64,000 bases of DNA, from assembly GCA_951406725.2 (NCBI GenBank), contig OX597817.1, positions 61,008,001 through 61,072,000 on the forward strand, given 5' to 3'. Below are positions 52,990 to 64,000 of this stretch, piece by piece. The position numbers were made by a program, and so were the translations under genes. The stretch's first letter is position 1. Every line of letters begins with the position of its first letter. Source of the DNA: Octopus vulgaris (lineage: Eukaryota). A model generated the notes under the pieces. That model did not search any database and was not told the origin of the DNA. It worked only from the letters and a program-made list of their open reading frames with translations.

Positions 52990-53245
52990 AAAAGAAAAAA
53001 TACGAATGGGTCATTCGAAGTTTTCTTTCCTCAGTCGAGTTCCAGATTATCTTTGCAATTTAGGCTGTGTATACTCAAGATTGCTCCAATCTGGCCAGCC
53101 CCAAGGAAAAACTAAGCTAAGAGCTCTAGATTCTTTCGAAGAAAGCAGCGAATGTATACGAAAACAAGGGTGAAAAAAAACGGAGACATGGTCCGCAAAT
53201 ACAAATGCAAATAACAGGACATAACAACAGGTGTCTTTCGATTTT
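52990..53245 (-). repeat. Unclassified interspersed repeat
   Basis: Reverse complement ctcgactgaggaaagaaaacttcgaatgaccc resembles cttgactgaggaaagaaggccactaatggccc at 63773-63805. Confidence 0.45.
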
Positions 53246-53628
53246 CATAGCGTATAAGTGATCGATCTCACAAGATTCCCCTTAAATGGGACGCCCATTC
53301 ATCACAGGGTTACTCGTTTGCAGCTGAGTGACTGAAGGGATCGTGAAATGAAGTGTTTTGCTCAAGGACACTACGCGCCGCCCTCTCCAGCAATTAAAAC
53401 CACGACTTGCGTTTGCGCGTACAACAGCCTAACCAATAGGCCGCGTTTGGTGACAGGATAGAAACTGAAGCAAAATATAATATCTTGAAAGTGAGTCGGG
53501 TGTAATTTGGAAGCGATTTGGCAGACCGAGACACTGCACATATGACCTGTCAATCTGTTACTAGTTTGTAGACAACATAGAGGAGTAACATCTAAGTTGA
53601 ATTTTCTCTCATGTACGACGTCCATTCT

Positions 53629-53661
53629 AGATTGCCTTCAGATTGCCTTCAGATTGCCTTT
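53629..53661. repeat. 11-bp tandem repeat, three copies
   Basis: agattgccttc x3. Confidence 0.9.
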
Positions 53662-54090
53662 GATATAATGATAAGAGTCGTTTCAGAAACAAAATGTAAT
53701 GATGGCCGAAGTTGGGCTGGATTATGACACTTCCTGTCGATCCAATCCTTTTGATTTAATCCTCTTAAGTGCTGCATTTAAAAACTGTTTTGAGCATTTG
53801 ACAAATGAAAGACCCAAGAAGATTATCTAACTGTAAGTATAATTATGGAGGGAAGTTAAATTTGTGAAATAACCTAGCAGGTGCAGCAGCGGCCATATTC
53901 GTGCAGCACAAATATACACATACACACTCATAGACGAATAAAAAGAAAAAAACAATACATAAAAAATAGTAAAGACAGAGAAACGTGGATGGTAAATTCA
54001 AAAGATTTGAGAGAAGAACCAAGAGAAAAGGGAGTCGAGGATAATGCAAAAATATCGTTGAGGGTCTATGTTCCACCGGGGAGTATATAG

Positions 54091-54148
<58 letters not shown>

Positions 54149-54912
54149 ATACATATGCAAACATATATATACACACACATATATATGTATGTGTGTGTGT
54201 AGTGTAGAGAGAGAGAGGCAGACAGACAGACAGAGACAGAGAAAGAAAAAGAGAGAGGGAGAAAGAGATAGATTGATAGACAGATAAGTAGATAGATAGA
54301 TATGTAAACAACCAAGAGTGAAATGTGTTGTGCACTGATTGAGATTCATTCCTCCTTTTGTTACGATCTTTACTGTTTCGTATACGTTACTATTCTATCT
54401 CTTATATGAGAGTGTGTGTGCATGGAGATCATATTAGGGATGTTGTCAAAAAGTTTACTTAGCAATTCGATTGTAAAAGCTCGATAAAATAATTACCAGA
54501 TTGAAATAAATGAGGAATGATCTCGATAAGATCAACGAAATCCCTTTAAACATCTGCCTCAGCATGGCCGTATTTCAACGAGGGAAACCAGGAAAAAAAA
54601 CCTGTCTAAACACGAAATTACTCCAAATATATACACAGAAACGGTTCATTATTAATAGCAGTTATAAATCATAACCCCTACCCTTTGTCTGTCTGTCTGT
54701 CTCTCTCTCTCACACATACACATAAGCACACACGCATTTCTATATAATCCCTTGTAATCCTCCACTTAGTATGTATCAAATATTGGGATTAGTTCAGTGA
54801 CCAAGAAAATCAGTCTTAATGAGTTGTGGTTTTTGTAACAAAAGGAGCAACGAATTTGAATCAGTGCATAACACATTTTTACTTTCGGTTGTTTAGATAA
54901 TGACGACGATGG

Positions 54913-54970
<58 letters not shown>

Positions 54971-55514
54971 GGTGATGATGACGACGATGACAACAACAGC
55001 AATAATCAGCGTCATCGTGATCGTTGACCTTATCCTCGTCATGGTCGTCACCCAAGCGGTCATCACCGTCATCACGTCCTCCTCCTTGTCGTCGTCGCTG
55101 TCATCATCATTAACATAATTATTTATTTTGTTTAACTCCTCGTGGGCAACAAAGAGATAAATTATTTATTTCACGCATTAAGTTTTAACGTTCTAGCTCA
55201 CTTCCGCTGTTTACAGCAGTGCTTGGAAAGAAGGTGTGTAGCGTATGTTCGTCTTGTTAGCAATTTTTCAACTGAAAGGCAAAAATACATTCGTCACTAA
55301 AGCGACTGAGGGCGCTATTCAGCACCAGTAGTGCTAGAAATAAGAGTCAAAACAACTCATAGCCACAATAATACACCGTCTTATTAACTGACAAGGGAGG
55401 CCGGATCCCTAAACACCGGGCATAGCCAGATCACCAGTGATTTCGCACTTACATTAATGCTCGCATATATAATCCTCCTCCTCCTCCTCCTCCTCCTCAT
55501 CATCATCATCATCC

Positions 55515-55760
55515 TCAAACGTCCATTTTACATGATGGCATGCATGAGTTGCACAGCTGCAATTCCTGCTTCAGTATGGTTTCTGTGGCTGGATGCCTTT
55601 CCTAACGCCAACCACTTTACAGGGTGTTCTGAGTGTCTTTTTTTTGTTTGTTTTTTACTAAGTGCACTATTGAGGTTGCCTTGCAGTTGGTAGGAAGGAC
55701 CACAAATCCCGAGGGTGGTGGGAGTAGGTCAGCTTCATGGTAGGGGAAGAGGGATATAAC
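55515..55760 (-). mobile_element. Probable LINE-tail/SINE remnant ending in (ATG)n
   Basis: aaacgtcc..ctgcttcagtatggtttc..ggatgcctttcctaacgccaacc; related segment at 57935-58280. Confidence 0.45.
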
Positions 55761-56934
55761 TATGAATGCAAATGAATTGAAACTGACACTCGAAGCTTTC
55801 CAGTCGATCCGATCGACGGAACAGCATGCTCCACGAGGTTCCACGAGAGTTCCAGTCGATCCGATCGACGGAACAGCCTGCTCGTGAAATTAACGTGCAA
55901 GTGGCTGAGTACTTCAGAGACACGCCGTAGCCTTAATGTGCTTCTTAAGGTGATTCAGCGTGGCACAGGGTGTAACCATGCCGGCCTCTTTGAATTCCAG
56001 GCACTATTCATTGTCGCCAGTGTGAAATAAAGTGTCTTGCTCAAGGACACGGCGTGCTTCCGGTAATCGAACTCACAACCTTACCATTGTTAGCCGAATA
56101 CCCAAACCGCTGAGCCACGCTCCTTCGCGTGTACGTATATAAAACATCTGTGGAGAATCTCCTAAACAGCGAACCATTTTTTAGTGTTTTTTGTCTCTCT
56201 CACTCCCTCTTTTCATCTCTGTCTCTTCCTCTATCTCTCCCTCCCTTTCTTCCTCCCACCTCTCTCTTTCTATCCCCCTCTCTCTCACTCTGTATCTGTC
56301 TGTCCGTCTGTCTGTCTCTCTTTGTCTCTCTGTCAGTCTGTCTTCCTTTCTAATCTAATACTTTAATCTCACATTCATTCAGTCAATCCAGAATAATTTT
56401 ATTTATGTCATCAACCCCCCCCCCCCAAGTGGAGGGGACACTTTCATCTTAAAACAACAACAACAACTTACCTTTTTTCCTTCCAACATTCATTTCAAAA
56501 TTTCCTGAAAATGTATTTTAGATATTGAAGACCCCTGAAGTGGTCAGTGTTGGACTGCAATCAATTTCACTTAAGCAAATATATTAAGCGTCCAAGCTTG
56601 CTTAAGCAGCATTCTGATTAAAGTACTTAAAATCATTTTACATTTGATCTTTTATCTTTTTCAGTCACTGGACTGCGCCCATGCTGGGGCACTGTATTGC
56701 AAAGTTTATTCGAATGAATCGAGCCCAGTACTTGGCTTTACAAGTTTCACGTTCAATCCCATTACACGACACACCGGCCTTCTACAATACCAACCGGTCG
56801 GCCAATACCTTGTGAGTAAATTTTTGTTGACAGAAACTGTGTGGAATCCTGTCGTATATATACATATATATGTGTGTGTGTGTGTCTTTGTCTTCGAACC
56901 TCTCTCCCATAACTTGTTCACGCTGCCTACCAGG

Positions 56935-57060
56935 GACCTTTGCAAAGTCTCGGAAAGTGTACAGAGAAGAGTATATGGAACGATTCAGGTGCGGACGAGT
57001 GGTTCAAACGTTTCCAAGATGGCCAACAGAATGTCCAGAATATCACATGTTCTGGGAAAT
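56935..57060 (+). mobile_element. mariner transposase HTH fragment
   Basis: TFAKSRKVYREEYM..DEWFKRFQDGQQNV (frameshifted). Confidence 0.65.
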
Positions 57061-57492
57061 ACGCAACCAGCAAAACTGATAAAGACATCACAACTGTCTC
57101 TTGTTTCTAGCGCACACAATTTCATTGCATTTCCCTTCATGGCTCTCACAAAGCAAAAATTGCGCTTTCCAAGTGCCACGCGTAGTTTATTTTTAATTGT
57201 GTTGCAACTCTTCATGGTGGTGGTCGTGGGAGGGGGCATAACGCATGACGAATCTCAAACTCTTCAAGCTTGGGTTCAGAGAGCAGAGCCTTTTCTGTTA
57301 CAAGTTTATCCAGTTTACTTCTGTATATGTTGGACTAAATATTATACAAGCCTTCCGTGCAAGATGCAGGATACATGGATGCATGGCTGTTTGTTTAGCT
57401 ATTTCGGAATAAAGCACGGATATACACTCATGTGCATCTCTCTCTCTCTCTCTCTCTCACTCACTCGCTCGCACACACACACACACACACAT

Positions 57493-57556
<64 letters not shown>

Positions 57557-58876
57557 GCAACGAGCTTCCATAGAGTTTCCGTCTGCCAAATTCACCCACA
57601 AGGCATTGGTCAAAACGGGAGCTTAGTAGAAGATACTTGCCCAAGGGACCACGCAGTGGGACCAAACCTGAAATCATATGGTTGCAAAACGAGCTTCTTA
57701 GCCACCCAAAATTCATAACCGTTTGCTTATGTCAGGAATCAATATTTCAAAATATCGATGTGATGGATGCTGCGTGAACAAGACTTCACACGGAATTCAT
57801 TACAGTATTGAATTTTTCGATTTACCTACAAAGTGAAAATCTTGCTAACATTAGATCAATTTCTCCTTTTGTCACCGTGCGGCAGATATAACAATTACCC
57901 TGTTATGTACTGCTATGAATTTAATTAAGAACCGATGTCATCATCATTACTATTATTAACATTTAACGCCCGTTCTCTATGGGCTGGACGGCTCGACAGG
58001 AACCAACAAGCTAGAGGACCATGCCAAGCTAAAATGCCTGCTTCGGCATGGTGTCTGCGAATAGATTTCTTTAACACCAATCCTTTTACGAATGCCTTTC
58101 ACGTGGTACTGCACTAGGGAGGCCACCAAGCAATTCCCAAGACATGACTGAGATGGGAAGTAATATTGAGGGAGGCAGATTGGTGCGTGGCGTGGGGGAG
58201 GTTAAAGTATAATAGAAGAACAGAAGCAGATATCTTGTAGTAGGGGAGATACACGGTTACTCGAGTTGGAGAAGAGAGAGAAATTCTATAAATCTGCGAG
58301 GTTATGTCGCCAAAAAGGTAACAGTTATAAGGATGTATTATTGTGATTTTGGAATTACGTAATGGCCTAAATATAAAAATTTCTCCATTCGGTCGAACAA
58401 TTCCTGAAATTTATGGCGAATAAAAGAATGAGTTTCGATTGGAATTCGAAAATGTCAGCTCTAACACTTAGCTTGCTGGGAAATCTAAGAAAGGCGCCAT
58501 CCGTCGGACAGATTCGAGTGCAATGTTTAAAAACTGAACATATGGAGTATCTTCTTTCCAGAGAACTCCACCACCGACACTAATATCGCCTCCCTAAAGT
58601 AACCACCATTAAAAGTAGTCGATTTTAAAAGAAGCCATATTATTGTACGGAGATAAGTTTTATCTTGTGTTGGCAGGAATATAAATTTCACACAATCAAA
58701 ATGATTTTCCAGGTAGAGTTTGTGAGGAAGCGTAACTCTAACGTTCCGGGGTGCAAAAGGTGATGAAATCTTGATCTCAATTGGCGCTAAATCAAAACAC
58801 TATTTAAATTGTTGTTATAAGAAAAGAATATGATGATATAATGAGAATATATATATACACGCATATACACAAATAC

Positions 58877-58908
<32 letters not shown>

Positions 58909-59000
58909 GCATACATATACACACATACAAATATGTATTTGATATCATATGAATATATATATATATACATACGTATGCACACACACACATGATATGTGAA

Positions 59001-59037
<37 letters not shown>

Positions 59038-59299
59038 GTATATGTATGCACGCATAGACACATAAGTACTTAAACAACCTCCCACTCACAGTGGAAACGA
59101 AAGCCTCGTTAACAAGATTATACCTCATTACATGTATACATTTGTCTGTGTCTGTAGTTCTGAATGAGTGTGTACATGTGTGTTTGTTTGGTATTCATAT
59201 ACATTAATTTATAGTAAAGTTAACATTCATTCTTGTAATTGAAATAAGAACATGGATCAACAATATGAGTGCAGTGAGTTTCACTTTCATAAAGGGAAT

Positions 59300-59352
<53 letters not shown>

Positions 59353-59406
59353 CACACACACACACACACAAATGCACGCACACACACACACATCTTTAGT
59401 ACATGT

Positions 59407-59439
<33 letters not shown>

Positions 59440-59911
59440 ATATTTACGTATCTAGGTTTGTATTTTATTTATTATTGTTTAGTCTGTGAATTTTGGTAGA
59501 CGGTAGTGAAATAGCGGCGTCGGTTTACGTGAAGCACCCCAAATGTTGTGGTCATCTGCCAATGCTTTGTCGTAAATTTCTTCTGCAGACACAAGACTCC
59601 AGAGTTGTTGAGAAGAGACTAGTCGATGAAATAGACACCAGTTTCTCATTGGTAATTTCTTTTATCGGCCCAGCCGGGAAAAGCAAAACTAATTTGAAAA
59701 GGATTTTAATTTAGAAAGTAAAAAGTCGAAAGAAAATAGTAAATCCCGTCGGATGTTGTCATGTAAAGGCAAAATTTATCTCAGCAGGATTTGATCACAG
59801 CATGCGAAGATTTGAAAGAAAAACTGTCAAAGTTGACCTTAGCATTGCTTGTACTAAGAAAGTAGATTGTCGAAAAGGAAACTGCAGGGAAGTTTAAAGG
59901 GTAACCTACTG

Positions 59912-60445
59912 TACGAGGTATGTTCCAGAAGTTTTGAGACCTTTTTTTTTTTCATAGAGGCAGTCATAACTGTTCGAGATTATTGTAATTTTAGTCTATT
60001 ATTATTATTTTACATTTAAGAAGCTGACCCGCCAATTTTTGTTATCCCAGATAGAGGGAGACGTTTGTAATAACACTTTGAACAAGTCCTACTGAGCACA
60101 GCTTCTCACAGATGATTAGTTTGTAGAATGCAGTCGGGACGTTCGAAGCTGGCTATGCTATACACTCCTGTGTTGAACTGGGTATAAGCGCAACAGAAAC
60201 TTCTGGAAGGCTCCGGACTGCTCATGGACGAACTTGTATGAGCCGAGTATCTGTTTTCCGCTGGCACGAGAAGCCAGCTAAAACAAGTCCACTAGGAAGC
60301 TCATGACGATCCGTTTTTTCTTTCGACATCAAGGACATCATCTATATCCACTAGGATTCCTCTGACAAGACGGTCAACAAGGAGTGCTTTGTGGAGGTTT
60401 TGAGGTAATTCAGGAAGAGATTTCGTCGCAAAAGCCCTGACCACT
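59912..60445 (+). mobile_element. Internally deleted mariner transposon
   Basis: Terminus tacgaggtatgttccagaagtttt; ELGISATETSGRLRTAHGRTCMSRVSVFRWH; KLMTI..FDIKDII..TVNKECFVEVLR*FRKRFRRK. Confidence 0.8.
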
Positions 60446-60566
60446 TGCGCCAGGACACTGATGCACCTACTGTGACGTCTTTTACCTATGCGTAAAATTT
60501 CAGCGCCATCATTTGAAAAATACGGCCATTATAATCTTTTACACACACACACACACAAGAACGAGA

Positions 60567-60628
<62 letters not shown>

Positions 60629-61189
60629 TTAAGATGGTAAATCGTAAATCTTTTAAGGGATTGTTTCAGACGCGTTTCATAGTGATGAAACGTTTTCTTC
60701 AAGTGAATTAAAATATAAAATTTCGTTTGGAGAAAAACTACCAAAATGTGGAATGTGGATTGACCCTCTTCTTTCAGCAACAATGAACGCATGTGTGTGT
60801 GTGTGTTTGTATCCCACTATGTATTGGTTTCTTTATGTCCCCGCAACTTAACGTGGGTCGGCATAACAGACCAATAAAAAAAGTACTAGACCTTAAAAAA
60901 AGTACTGGGATCGATTCCTTCGAGTAAAACCATCCAATGACTGAAACAAAAGATTGGGAGGAATCTGAAGTTATTCTTCCCGCAAAACCTGCTCCAGTTG
61001 TTGCACACACGGCGGTAGCGGGTAACGACTTCTGTTTCATCGCTCCAAGATGCACCGCAGACGCTCAATAATATTAAGATCTGGAGACTGAGGGGGGATA
61101 AAAGATATGTATATATATTGCAGACTAACTTTAGTTATTTTCACAAATCCACTCGTAGCTTGAAGATGCGATTTCCTTGTTCTCTTTCT

Positions 61190-61870
61190 GTTGGTCTCGT
61201 TTGTCAAGACTGTTGTTGAGGTACTTAATTACATAAACAAATATCCCAGTAACCTTAGCGATAAATTTGGTTCTGAGAATATTCCGGGTCCGCGTATCTG
61301 TAGGTTTCTCATGAGCTCAGTAAACAGGATTTCTTGTTCTTTCATTTTTAGCATTAGAAAAATGTCTGTCAGACAACTTATTTTTACTACGGTGCACACT
61401 TTTTCTTCTCTGTCACAGAAAATGTTGTCTGTCCTGTTGTGCCTGCATTTTACGGAGGCATTGACCGGAACAGTTCGCTAGTATTCTCTTATAAACAAGA
61501 CTGTTTTATAGCCGTGTATGTATAATATTTAATGTATACACGTTGACGATACGACTGTCACTACGGTATTTGTTTTGAGATAACATCTTTTGTGAACTTT
61601 AACTTGCTGTGTTGAAATAAAAAGACAATAAATATCAAATTGAGATGAAAATTCATCCCAGCAGCGACTCAAGAGAGGGCCAGATGCATTTCGGCCGTTT
61701 TGGTGCGTACTCACAAGCATCCTTATGCTTGGACGAGAATGCGTCGTCTCTAATATAAGAAAAAGTGAACAAAGCATTTACTGGTGTTACGAATGGCCAC
61801 ATGGATGGACGGATAAAAATCCGGTGTAAGCAATTGCGGCAGTATTTAATTAAAATAGGCATCTATGTAT
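61190..61870 (-). mobile_element. Decayed RTE-like LINE fragment
   Basis: ASGPLLSRCW..KVHKRCYLKTNT..QCLRKM..EILFTELMRN..RGPG; homologous to the 38.8-39.4 kb and 48.4-48.6 kb copies. Confidence 0.55.
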
Positions 61871-62763
61871 TATAGTTAATGTATCTGCTGGGCCACACTT
61901 TATGCGGATTCCTAGATTCCAATGTATAATGTTTTGGCCACTACATCATGACTTAGTAGGAGCTACTAACGTGACAATATTTTCGGACAACTACTCATGA
62001 TGCCTGCTACATCTTTGCCTGATGTTCTCTGATGAACTGTGAAACTTTCCTGTATATCTCTCATCGTAAGTCAGGTAAGATTTAGCAACGAGCTTCTTAC
62101 AATTATTCTGTTGTTACCTCCCTCATGTTTGCGGGATTAATTCTTAGTTGCACAACGAAGTTTATGGAAACTATAGAAGTTTTCTGTTGTAACATTCAAA
62201 ATGCTCTCTGAATGGCTATAACTTGTGTCTCTAAGTTTTCGTTTCAGCTTAAGCAGTCAATATCATTACTGATGTGGAAATTTCTGATGGGCGTTAGAAG
62301 TTTTCGGGTATTAACACTAATACACTGGCTCTCATCTAGCGTCCGCTCCAGTCGCCCAAATGTTACTATTTCATCCAAATCATAACATTGTAGTCGGAAC
62401 TATAGTATATCTGAAAAAGAGAAAAAAAAAACAAAGCGATGGGGTTCCCATCACTTGGACAGCTTTGATCATCGCTTGGACAGCTTTGTCCAAACAGAGT
62501 AAAACTAGAGCTTAACAACAACAAAATCAATAAGCTAATTCCAAAAGGTTTTAGGCAAACGAATCTACTGTTTTCATCACTTGAAACTCTCAACGGGTTT
62601 GCAGAATCATCGATATTTCAAACGAATTTGGCAGGAATTTTCTCTTCTTCATTTGATCTAAAATATTGCTCGACATCAAACTCAGAACTTTTCTCATCAT
62701 AACCAGCAGTCGTTTAACTCCCCCTATTACTCTTACCTCTCTCTCTCTCCTCCCTCTATCTTC

Positions 62764-62874
<111 letters not shown>

Positions 62875-62955
62875 CTATGTATATATATATATTTATATTT
62901 ATATATAAATGTATATATGTATATATATAGTAAACACACACACACATACACACAC

Positions 62956-63026
<71 letters not shown>

Positions 63027-63029
<3 letters not shown>

Positions 63030-63698
63030 TCCTGGATTCTCAGAACTTTCCAGTCGAGAGATATCCACACCATTATCCTTCTCTTCTCCACTTTTGCCCG
63101 ACCCCACCTTGAATACTGTTGTCCACTGTGGTCTCCCCACACAATACAAGGTATCATAAAAGTTGAAGCACCTCAAAGGGCAATCACAAAAAAGATAGAT
63201 GGCATGACAGGCCTCGACTATTGGGGACGACTAGAAAAGCTAAAACTTTATTCTCTCCAACGTCGTCGTGAGCGCTACATCATCTGCATGATGTGGAAAA
63301 TATTCCATCAGCATTGCCCAAATGATGTTGGCATCACCTTTAAGGTACATCCAATGCTTGGGCCCCGTGCCATCCGCCCAAAACAAAAATCGCACTCTCA
63401 TCTCATAACAACAATACGGCACAATTATTTCACCTCAATTGGCCCCGCTCTCTTTAACATTACACCAAAACACATTAAAACAGAAACTGACCATATAGGG
63501 TTCAAGAAGTCTTTGGACAGATTCCTTCAAGAAATCCCGGATAAACCCCCTACACCCGGATATGTCTCTGTAAACAATAACTCTCTACTTGAGTGGGCCA
63601 TAGTGCCCAAATTCTGACTTGAAAGACTTCACCAGGTGGTGCTATTAAGTTAGACGTGGCCTGGGCCAATAATGGCCGAAACCTATCAAAGTATCAAA

Positions 63699-63700
<2 letters not shown>
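63027..63700 (+). mobile_element. CR1-clade LINE 3' end (RT C-terminus with uninterrupted frame, plus 3'UTR)
   Basis: [68 protein letters not shown]; tail tatcaaag x2. Confidence 0.9.
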
Positions 63701-63752
<52 letters not shown>

Positions 63753-64000
63753 ATAATAATACTGCTGGTATACTTGACTGAGGAAAGAAGGCCACTAATG
63801 GCCCGTCTTTTTTTGTTTGTCCTTCTAATTGTTGTTTCTCCTGTCTGCCCTTCTATCGTTTATCTGTCCGAATGCTTTATTGTCCTCTATTGCGTTTTTG
63901 TTCCATTTTTTATATTTATATATAAATAATAAACCATATATATATATCTAATATAGGATAAAATATTTTCGAAAAAAAATTTTATCAATGCCCAGCATAT

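Noticed and set aside
56644-57573. 309-aa ORF
   Set aside because: Chance read-through of a SINE, an out-of-frame mariner fragment and microsatellites.
63655-63695. HHR in the CR1 3'UTR (ggcca-ataa-tggcc-gaaac)
   Set aside because: No CUGANGA core; more likely the usual CR1 3' stem-loop.

Overview
Repeat-saturated, AT-rich, microsatellite-rich eukaryotic DNA. The SINE/LINE repertoire and microsatellite density suggest an octopus or other coleoid cephalopod genome (inference). I find no host protein-coding exon; most ORFs in the track are microsatellite artefacts. The real coding signal comes from decayed transposable elements: several Penelope-like elements (PLEs, including a long Naiad-type copy at ~11.8-15.1 kb), R4/Dong REL-endonuclease LINEs, Tx1/L1, RTE (one with three C-terminal C2H2 fingers), CR1, mariner and pogo fragments, Helitron/Helentron-type ends, a MITE and many tRNA-derived SINEs. 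The most notable hidden layer is a set of about 15 minimal type-I hammerhead ribozyme (HHR) motifs. A few have intact cores, some have recurrent core variants and some are decayed. Most sit in PLE terminal repeats or in long fold-back inverted repeats. All calls were made by eye; boundaries are approximate and no search or folding program was run.
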